A stretch of 64,000 nt of DNA, taken from contig DXBO01000027.1 of assembly GCA_019116485.1 (NCBI GenBank), forward strand, positions 17,373 through 81,372, given 5' to 3'. The DNA is from Candidatus Gemmiger excrementavium (lineage in GTDB: Bacteria > Bacillota > Clostridia > Oscillospirales > Ruminococcaceae). The notes under the pieces are model-generated. The model was not told the origin of the DNA and did no database searches. It worked only from the letters and a program-made list of their open reading frames with translations. Shown here piece by piece: positions 26,725 through 34,132 of this stretch. Position 1 is the stretch's first letter. Each line of letters begins with the position of its first letter. Position numbers and translations under genes: made by a program.

Positions 26725-28472
26725 CAGGGCACCTCCGCCATATCCACACCGGGATAGTAGATATCCTGCACACAGATTTTGTTCATGGCCTGGGCCGTGC
26801 GGCCGTCCTGGGTCTGGGCCGTGACCCGGTAATACCAGGTGCCGGGGGGCACCAGGTCGGAAGGCGCCTGGTAGGCGGTGCTCTCCAGCCCGGCGGCGTC
26901 GATGACCGGCGCGGCCAGGTCGGGGGTGGCCCCCACCGTCAGGCGGTAGGTGATGGGCTGGTTGTCAAAGTCGTAGGCATCTTCCCAGCGGAAGGTGACG
27001 GTATCCCCTTCCCGCAGCGGCTCATACATAAAAAAGGGCATGAGTTCGTGCAGGCTCTGCTGGAACAGGTCATAAGCCTGCTGCAGCTGGTCTCCCAGCC
27101 CGGCCAGAATGGCATCCCGTTCCTCCGGCGTGTTGCCCAGATGGTACAGGTCCGGCATGGCCAGCACAAAGGGGCGTACCACCCCGTCGTAGTCCCGGGC
27201 CAGGGCATTGACGGTATCCGGGTTGATGGTCTGGTACAGTTCCTCCACCTTGTCGGCCAGCTGCTGGCGGTTGCCCGCGTCTTTGAGAAAGCGCTGGTGA
27301 AGCAGCACGCCCCAGTAGTTGGCCACCCCGTGTTCCCACCCGCCGTAGCTGGGGGTCAGGCCCTCCAGGTCGTCCTCCTGCCAGTGGAGGATGTTGTCGC
27401 CGTCCCAGGGGATGAAATACCACTTGTCACCGTTGAGGGGACTGTAGAGATAGAAATTCTGCACGGTGGTATCGCTGTTGCCGGTAAGGATGTTGTAGGC
27501 CAGCCAGGTCAGGTAGTTGTCCCGGTCTATGTAAGTGCCCACGATCTCGTTGATATCCACGCTTTTGTCGGCGATGCGGTTGACCAGGTCGATGAGTTTC
27601 TGGTTGTCCTGGCGTCCCTTGCAGCTGAGGATCGTCTCAAAGGCAGCCTCATCAAAAGCGGGATCATCGAAATTTTTGAGGGCGTCGGACATCTCGAAAT
27701 TGAAGCTGATGGCCTTGTACAGATACCCGGTCTGGTCCAGCCCATGGTTGGCCAGGTATTTTTTGGTGGGCACCTCGGCCTGGGTGAACAGGCCGTAGTC
27801 GCTGAAGGTGGTCTCCCCCGCTGTTTCGTCCTTGACATACAGGTGGACGAACTGGGTGCGCAGGCTGGAGATATCCGCCACCGGGCGCAGCAGGTCGAAG
27901 TAGAGTTTGTTGCGCAGGCGGGTGGCGTCAAAGGCGTGTTTGTTCAGGGCGATGTTGCTCTGTCCCCGCCACAGCCCGGCCTCGTCGTCCAGCGCCAGTT
28001 TGTAGGATTTCTGGGGCCGTACCGAGGAAGAGTTGCCCCGTACCCGGATGGTGGCGTTGGCGTGGTCCTGGCCGTAGCCCAGCATGCCGGGCAGCGGGCC
28101 GGTCTCGTCCCCCACCTGCACGATAGCCCGGGCGTAAATGTCGTTTTCCACATGGCTGTCCTCCACAAAGCGGACGGCGCTGTTCACCTCGGCAAAGCTG
28201 TGGTCGGTGTCGGAACCGGCGTCGCCCCGCTGTACCGTGACGTAAAAACAGACCACGCTCAACGGGTCATCGGCGCTGTAGACTGTCTTGTCCTCGGCCA
28301 TGCCCAGGGCATCAATGTCCCCGGCGGCCAGTTCGGCGGTGCCGGGGGAAACTTCCGGGGCAATACTTTCCGCCGGGTCGGCGGCGGGCCGCCACAGCAG
28401 CGCCGCCGCCAGGGCCAGCCCAACCGCAGCCACAAAGAATACAGCTTCCAGTTTATTGGTCATCTTCTTCAC
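26724..28472 (-). CDS. cotH: CotH-family atypical kinase-like protein, membrane-anchored, with a C-terminal FN3-like domain
   Basis: N-terminal anchor LEAVFFVAAVGLALAAALLW. The long central region is of the size and composition annotated as CotH in Firmicutes. C-terminus TVTFRWEDAYDFDNQPITYRL...WYYRVTAQTQDG is FN3-like. GTG 28472 lies 6 nt after AAAGGAGGA (alternative ATG 28463). Confidence 0.7.
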   Translation of the reverse strand: MKKMTNKLEAVFFVAAVGLALAAALLWRPAADPAESIAPEVSPGTAELAAGDIDALGMAEDKTVYSADDPLSVVCFYVTVQRGDAGSDTDHSFAEVNSAVRFVEDSHVENDIYARAIVQVGDETGPLPGMLGYGQDHANATIRVRGNSSSVRPQKSYKLALDDEAGLWRGQSNIALNKHAFDATRLRNKLYFDLLRPVADISSLRTQFVHLYVKDETAGETTFSDYGLFTQAEVPTKKYLANHGLDQTGYLYKAISFNFEMSDALKNFDDPAFDEAAFETILSCKGRQDNQKLIDLVNRIADKSVDINEIVGTYIDRDNYLTWLAYNILTGNSDTTVQNFYLYSPLNGDKWYFIPWDGDNILHWQEDDLEGLTPSYGGWEHGVANYWGVLLHQRFLKDAGNRQQLADKVEELYQTINPDTVNALARDYDGVVRPFVLAMPDLYHLGNTPEERDAILAGLGDQLQQAYDLFQQSLHELMPFFMYEPLREGDTVTFRWEDAYDFDNQPITYRLTVGATPDLAAPVIDAAGLESTAYQAPSDLVPPGTWYYRVTAQTQDGRTAQAMNKICVQDIYYPGVDMAEVP

Positions 28473-29937
28473 GCAGGGTCCTCCTTTGGGCGGATTCCCG
28501 CTCCGCACCGGCGAAGCGTTCCTGAATACGGCTGAGTACACCCTGCTGGGGCTGGGCAAACAGGGGTTGCTCACAGAACACATGGTATTCCAGCTCGTTG
28601 AGATAGCGGCGGATGCGCAGCATCAGGTACAGGGCCGTGGCCGCCCCCGCCAGCAGAAAGCCGATGCCCCACCAGCCGCTGTCCAGGGGCAGGGTGGCCA
28701 GTGAAAGCGCCGTGCTCAGCCCCAGGAACAGCGCGGATGCCCGCAGCGCCCCCCGGCGGTCATCAAAGTACAGCAGTATCACGGTGCCGCACTTGACAAA
28801 TCCGTACAGGCAGTAGCCGCAGCACAACAGCCGGTAGGTGCCGGCCATGCGCTCGTCCAGGCCCACGGTCTGCAAAAAATTGCCCACAAAAGTCACCGCC
28901 GCCACCGTGACGATGAGCTGGACCTCCATCATATGGGCCAGTTCGGTATACAGCACGGTACAAAGTTCCTGCTTGGCGGCGCGTATTTCCTCCAGACGGC
29001 CACCGTAGAGTACCGCGTCGAAGTAGGCCCGGTTTTTCACCTCGAACCGGGTCTCCAGCCCCACCACGAACTGCACCAGCATGGGCAGGATGGTCAGCGT
29101 GGCAAAAAAGCAGGGCACATCGTACCGGGTGCAGAACACCCCGGTGGGGTAGATTTTATCCCGGTAAGCACTGGCCCAGAACACAAAGTTGTGGGTATAC
29201 AGACCCAGGGCCAGGCACAGCCCGGTGGCCACCAGCACGCGGTAGCGTTCCAGCGCGGGAAAGAACACCAGCAAATCCCACCGGCCGGGGGGATAGTGGG
29301 CCAGCAGTTGGGCCATGTACAAAAACAGCATCAGCGTAAAGCCCAGAGCCGCCCCCCACAAAGCGCCGGGCAGCGGTGCCACCCCCAGCCCCAGCAGCAA
29401 TGCGGCCAGGCCCAGCGCCCCCGCTACCCCGGCCACAAAACCCAACAGCACATATTCGTACCGTTTGATGGCGGACAGAAAGGCGATCTGTATCCAAAGG
29501 ATGAGCAGCACGCAGAACAACGTGAGCACCGCGCCCCGCACCGCCCAGTCCACCGGCAGGGTGAGCAGGTAGAGCAGCGCTGCCGGGGCGCCTGCCGCCA
29601 ACAGAAAAAACACCACACCGAAAAAGGCGGGCAGCACGTCTTGCAAGCGCTCCTGGTAAATACAGTCCGAGATAAAACGGTTGACGAACAACAGCACCGT
29701 GTTGGACAGGATCAGAGAAAAGATCATGACATAGGTCATGAGGAAAAGGAACTCTTCCCGGGTGCGGTAGACCGCGCCGTCCCGGGCCATCAGGGCCCGC
29801 AGGGTCAGCAGCAATACGATCATGAGCACCATGGGGCCCTCGGTGACCACGGCGGTCAGGGAGTAGCCCCGCAGGGCGCCCAGCACGCTGTCACCGCCCC
29901 GGAATACCTTTTTTAAGGCAAAGCCGACGCCTGCCAT
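28453..29937 (-). CDS. pelG: Pel exopolysaccharide transporter PelG
   Basis: From MAGVGFALKKVFRGGDSVLGALRGYSLTAVVTEGPMVLMIV, the characteristic PelG N-terminus, with about 12 TM helices. The 120-codon Arg/Gly-rich upstream extension in the ORF track was rejected. Confidence 0.85.
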   Translation of the reverse strand: MAGVGFALKKVFRGGDSVLGALRGYSLTAVVTEGPMVLMIVLLLTLRALMARDGAVYRTREEFLFLMTYVMIFSLILSNTVLLFVNRFISDCIYQERLQDVLPAFFGVVFFLLAAGAPAALLYLLTLPVDWAVRGAVLTLFCVLLILWIQIAFLSAIKRYEYVLLGFVAGVAGALGLAALLLGLGVAPLPGALWGAALGFTLMLFLYMAQLLAHYPPGRWDLLVFFPALERYRVLVATGLCLALGLYTHNFVFWASAYRDKIYPTGVFCTRYDVPCFFATLTILPMLVQFVVGLETRFEVKNRAYFDAVLYGGRLEEIRAAKQELCTVLYTELAHMMEVQLIVTVAAVTFVGNFLQTVGLDERMAGTYRLLCCGYCLYGFVKCGTVILLYFDDRRGALRASALFLGLSTALSLATLPLDSGWWGIGFLLAGAATALYLMLRIRRYLNELEYHVFCEQPLFAQPQQGVLSRIQERFAGAERESAQRRTLREEDDQ

Positions 29938-31364
29938 GTGTGGTTCACCTCCCCGGTTTTGGGGGCGGCACCGCTGTACAAAGCGCGGTAGGCCGCCAGA
30001 AAATCTTCCACCTGGTAGCTGTGGGCCACCCGGCGGTAACCGTTTTGCCCCAGCGCCCGCATGTGGGCGGCGCTGCGGCCAATGTCCAGAATCCCTTCGG
30101 CCACCCGTTCCGGGTTCATCACCGGCACCACCACCCCCGCCGGTCCGAAATCGTCGCCCCCGCCGCAGATGATCTCCCGGCAGGCGCCCACGTTGGTGGC
30201 CAGCACCGGGCGGCGGGCGGCCATGGCTTCCAGCAGAACAAAGGGTTGTCCTTCCGAAATGCTGGTCAAAATCACCATGTCCAGCTGGGGCAGCCACTGG
30301 GTCACGTCAGCCCGGCCCACAAACTCGATATCCGGGCAGCCCAGCCGCTCGATGAGGGCCACACATTCCTCGTAATACCCAGGGTCTTCGTCACAGGGGC
30401 CGATGATGGTCAGCCGGGCGTCCCTGCGTTTGGCTTTGACCAGGTTGAAGGCATAGATCATGGTCTTGACATCCTTGATGGGCACCACCCGCAGCACCGC
30501 CCCGATATGCAGGGCGTGCTTACCCCGGGCGATGGGCGGCACCGCGGCAAAACGCTGCACGTCGATGCCGTTGGGGATGACCCGGCAGCGGTAGGCCTCG
30601 GCCCCCAGGCCGATCTGCAGGTCCCGCGCCCCCGAAAACAGCGACAATATCTGGTCGGCCTGGCTGTAGGCCGCCAGGCTCAGCGCCCGGAAGAAGTGAA
30701 TCCAGGTACGTTTGAAGTAGACAGGCACCCACTCTGCCTTGAGAATTTCCTCCTCCCGTTCCCGGGTATAGATGCCGTGTTCGGTGACAAAAAAGGGGTT
30801 GCCGGTGGCCCAGCGGAACCGCGCCCCCAGCAGCCCCGCATACCCGGTGGCCACCGCGTGGTAAAGGTCTGCTTCCGGCACAGGGCAGCGCAGCAGGTTC
30901 AGCGCCGGGATCAGCATGGAGCGCAGCGTCCAGAACAGGTCCTTGAAGGGCATGTGGCGTGCCTCCCCTTCGGCCAGGCGCTGCACGATGTGCAGGAACG
31001 CCGGAGAGGTAAGGAAATCGTTGGCGCTGCAGGGGTGTTCGCCCCCAAACAGGGCAAACAGCGCAGGCCAGTCCGGGTTGGCGCCCCGCAAAAGGTCCAG
31101 TACGGCGTTCTGCTGGGCAGGGGTCAGGCGCACGGCGGCGCCGGTGCCCGGGTGGGTCAGGTATTCATCCAGAAAATATTCCCGCAGTTCCCGCAGGTTG
31201 GGGGGCAACTCATATTTGTAGACGCCGCGCTGCTTCTGCTCGGCGCCGATGGAGACGATGATGAACTCGTGTTCAGGCATCCGGCGCATCAGCATCTGCA
31301 CCCAGGCAGACACGCCGCCCACCACATAGGGGTAACACCCTTCCACGATCAGGCAAATTCTCAT
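29913..31364 (-). CDS. pelF: Pel glycosyltransferase PelF (DUF3492 + GT4)
   Basis: MRICLIVEGCYPYVVGGVSAWV N-terminus and a GT4 C-terminal half (SISEGQPFVLLEAMA, an EX7E-type motif). 483 aa. Confidence 0.88.
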   Translation of the reverse strand: MRICLIVEGCYPYVVGGVSAWVQMLMRRMPEHEFIIVSIGAEQKQRGVYKYELPPNLRELREYFLDEYLTHPGTGAAVRLTPAQQNAVLDLLRGANPDWPALFALFGGEHPCSANDFLTSPAFLHIVQRLAEGEARHMPFKDLFWTLRSMLIPALNLLRCPVPEADLYHAVATGYAGLLGARFRWATGNPFFVTEHGIYTREREEEILKAEWVPVYFKRTWIHFFRALSLAAYSQADQILSLFSGARDLQIGLGAEAYRCRVIPNGIDVQRFAAVPPIARGKHALHIGAVLRVVPIKDVKTMIYAFNLVKAKRRDARLTIIGPCDEDPGYYEECVALIERLGCPDIEFVGRADVTQWLPQLDMVILTSISEGQPFVLLEAMAARRPVLATNVGACREIICGGGDDFGPAGVVVPVMNPERVAEGILDIGRSAAHMRALGQNGYRRVAHSYQVEDFLAAYRALYSGAAPKTGEVNHTWQASALP

Positions 31365-31365
31365 G

Positions 31366-33225
31366 CTACACCAGCTTTACTGTAAAATTGGGGCTTTTGA
31401 CGGTGAGAAGGTAGTACCCTTCCCCCTCGCCGCCGCTGATGCGCCGGATGGCGCAGTTTTCGTCCACCGCCCGGGGAGTGCGGTCGGTTTTCAGGTAGAA
31501 ACAGGTCTCGCCGCAGAAATTTTCGATGCTGCCGCGGATGGCGTCGGTACCGATCTCCAGATGGGGCTGCGCGGATTCCGCAATGCGCAGGGCGTCGGCA
31601 GCCTCGGTGGCAGAGAGGGACCGCAGGAAGGGAAAGTCCGTGTGGACTTGCTGCATCCAGGCGCAGTAACTGCGGTAGAGCTGCTCCCAGGTCTGGCCTT
31701 TGCCCCGCTCCAGGTCAAAAATATCGTCAGGATGGATAAAATGAGAGAAAACACCGTACAGCCCCAGGGCACTGTAGGCGGAAAGCTGTTCAAAGTCATC
31801 GGGGGCCATGCCCGCGGTGACCCGGGGAAATTCCACAACGCCGTCCGCCGCCAGGGAAAAGTCCTGCACATAGACTTCCCCTTCCTCCTCCTCGTTGGTG
31901 TAAATGCCGGAAATCACGCTGAGGTCCGGCAGGGCGGCGGCCACAGCCCGGCGGCCCTCGGCACTCAAGTAGTTGGAAGGCGGCACATAGCAGCGCAGCG
32001 CCACGCCGGGGAACAATTCCGCCGTGATTTCTCCCAGCCGCTGCAGTGAGGCGGTCATGGCCGCCTCGTCGGCCCAGGGGCGGTACTGCATAACAGCAGG
32101 GGTGCCCCCTGCCAGCGTCAGGGGCTGGTGGTTGTACCCGTGGGCGCCCATCTCGTAACCGTTTTTCAGCAGGCTGGCGCCGAAGTAGCGCTCGGTGGCG
32201 GATTCGGCATAGACCAGTTTATCGGGGATGACCTCGTTGTTGTAGGTGGCCACAAACAGCCCGGTGTAGATATCGCCGTAGGCTTTGGCTACCTGCAGCA
32301 TGTCGGGCCACCAGATGTCCCGGTAAAATTCCTTGGCGGAGCGGTTGTATTCCGCCCGCACCACGTCGCTTTCGCTCTCGTACTGGGGTGAGGGGAAATC
32401 GTCGATGAACAGGCACAGGGCGTTGATGACAGGGTAAAGGGTGGTGTCGAACAGCAGGTTGACGCACCCCGCCGCCATGCCGCGCCAGAAATCCCCGCTG
32501 CCGCAGGTGCAGTTGAACACCGCCACCCGGCCCTGGCCGCAGTCATACCGCCAGATCAGGGGGCTTTGGCGCCCGGCGGCATCCCGCCCCCAGGCATAGA
32601 CCACGGCATCCTCTTCCAGCGTGGCGGAAAGCATTACATCGGACAGGCTTTCCCCTGTAAAGCTGCGGCCGGTGATGCCGGGAACCACATCGCCGCAAAA
32701 TTCTATGGTGTCATAGGGCAGGTAGTCCCCATAGTCCGCAATACCGAAACTGCGGTAGCTCAGGGCAAACTGGGGGCCCAGGGATTCCGGCACCGTGCCC
32801 ACCAGCAGCCGGCCGCCTTCCGACACATAGCGCAGCAGCCGGGCGGCGGATTCGGTCATTTCGGCCTCCCAGTAGGCAGAGGCCAAAATCACCAGGTCAT
32901 AGTCGCTGTAGCTGACCGACTCGGTCCGGGACAGTTCCAGGGAATCCGCCCGGATGCGCAGATGCTGCAGGGCGATGCGCAGATTTTTTTCGTATTTGAC
33001 GGAGGCCTCATATCCGGGGCTGTACAGGATCAGCGCCCGGGGGCGGGTATCGCCGGTGACGGACAGGGCCGCCGCCGCGGGCTGGTCCAGCAGCGTGACC
33101 GAGGCCCGTACCCGGTCCCCGCCCCAGCGGCCCAGCTGCAGACCGTGGTTGCTCAACAGGATGAGCAGCGCCAGCCCCAGGCAGCCAGCCAGCAGCAGGG
33201 CCAGTTTTCTATAGGTCTTGTTCAC
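31366..33225 (-). CDS. pelA: DUF2194-type protein, the Gram-positive PelA deacetylase-like component (PelA_DA)
   Basis: Start taken at GTG 33225 (VNKTYRKLALLLAGCLGLALLIL, TM anchor; GAGGGA RBS). The C-terminal half has a polysaccharide-deacetylase-like region (GYEMGAHGYNHQPL, HFIHPDD). The upstream 176 codons in the ORF track are shadow-like. Confidence 0.72.
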   Translation of the reverse strand: MNKTYRKLALLLAGCLGLALLILLSNHGLQLGRWGGDRVRASVTLLDQPAAAALSVTGDTRPRALILYSPGYEASVKYEKNLRIALQHLRIRADSLELSRTESVSYSDYDLVILASAYWEAEMTESAARLLRYVSEGGRLLVGTVPESLGPQFALSYRSFGIADYGDYLPYDTIEFCGDVVPGITGRSFTGESLSDVMLSATLEEDAVVYAWGRDAAGRQSPLIWRYDCGQGRVAVFNCTCGSGDFWRGMAAGCVNLLFDTTLYPVINALCLFIDDFPSPQYESESDVVRAEYNRSAKEFYRDIWWPDMLQVAKAYGDIYTGLFVATYNNEVIPDKLVYAESATERYFGASLLKNGYEMGAHGYNHQPLTLAGGTPAVMQYRPWADEAAMTASLQRLGEITAELFPGVALRCYVPPSNYLSAEGRRAVAAALPDLSVISGIYTNEEEEGEVYVQDFSLAADGVVEFPRVTAGMAPDDFEQLSAYSALGLYGVFSHFIHPDDIFDLERGKGQTWEQLYRSYCAWMQQVHTDFPFLRSLSATEAADALRIAESAQPHLEIGTDAIRGSIENFCGETCFYLKTDRTPRAVDENCAIRRISGGEGEGYYLLTVKSPNFTVKLV

Positions 33226-34132
33226 TTGATCCCTCGTTTCTGAACGCCCGGACCAGGTCCAGGGTCTTGGTGGTAAGCAGCACGGGGCGTTGGGGCAGGG
33301 TGCCCAGGAACCCCTGCAGCCCCGCGGCGTCCCGCGCCTGGATATACAGTTCCAGCCTGTCCCGCACGGCCTGTTCGCTGTGGGGGTACAGGGCCAGGTA
33401 ACGCTCGCAAACCTGCCGGGCTTTGACCAGGTCCCCCTGCTGCAGTTCCAGCCGTACCCGATGGTGCAGATACCGGCTGCGGGGCTTTTTGTCCCGCAGC
33501 AGCCGCCCTGACAGCGCCCGGTAGCGGGCCGTATAGCGGCGGCGGCTGTAGGCGTCGTAGAGGTCGCAGGTGGCGGCACGGTAGAGCAGCTGTTCCCAGG
33601 CAGCCGCAGCATCGAGGTTGGCGGGGTCCCGCTGCCACCGGGTCTGGGCTGCTGCCAGCTGCTGCTGTACCTTGCGGCGCAGTTCCATGATAGCCACGCT
33701 GGCATAGTGGGAAGTTTCGCCGTCCTCATTGTCCAGGGCACGGCGCAGCACATCCAGGTAGGCCAGGGGGTCCTCGGCGTTGAGCAGTTCCATGACCAAG
33801 GCTCGGCGGTACTCTTTGTCTGAAAGGGTCAGCGCTTCGTCCATGGGGACCCGGTCAGCCTCCCGGGCAGTATCGGCCCGGTGCAGCCGGCGGGGATCAT
33901 CCCAGCGATAGTCCGCCCCCAGGCACAGCCCGGTGTAGCCGTCCCGCCGCCGCGCCGCAGCCGCGCTGTCACAAAACCAGACGAACAGCGGCCCCGCCAC
34001 CGGCAGCGCCAGTGATGCCGCCAGGCACAACGCCCCCTTGTGGGCACTGCCGGACCGCCGGGCCAGCACCCAGGCATAAAACCCGCAGAAAAACAGATAC
34101 AGTGCCAGCAGGGCACCCGTGATCCAGTTCAT
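33209..34132 (-). CDS. pelE: PelE-like protein (two N-terminal TM helices plus a helical-repeat domain)
   Basis: ATG 34132 forms an ATGA overlap with the pelD stop. MNWITGALLALYLFFCGFYAWVLA and a second TM helix, then an Arg/Leu/Ala-rich helical region. Assignment by position and architecture. Confidence 0.6.
   Translation of the reverse strand: MNWITGALLALYLFFCGFYAWVLARRSGSAHKGALCLAASLALPVAGPLFVWFCDSAAAARRRDGYTGLCLGADYRWDDPRRLHRADTAREADRVPMDEALTLSDKEYRRALVMELLNAEDPLAYLDVLRRALDNEDGETSHYASVAIMELRRKVQQQLAAAQTRWQRDPANLDAAAAWEQLLYRAATCDLYDAYSRRRYTARYRALSGRLLRDKKPRSRYLHHRVRLELQQGDLVKARQVCERYLALYPHSEQAVRDRLELYIQARDAAGLQGFLGTLPQRPVLLTTKTLDLVRAFRNEGSSEQDL

Noticed and set aside
28453-30297. N-terminal extensions of listed ORFs (pelG 28453-30297, DUF2194 gene 31366-33753, pelE-like 33209-34348, GH2 48251-51430, cysK 11374-12462, and others)
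   Set aside because: The extended parts are Arg/Gly/Pro-rich, overlap the upstream gene, and precede internal starts that carry GGAGG-type RBSs and the conserved family N-termini. The shorter starts were used.
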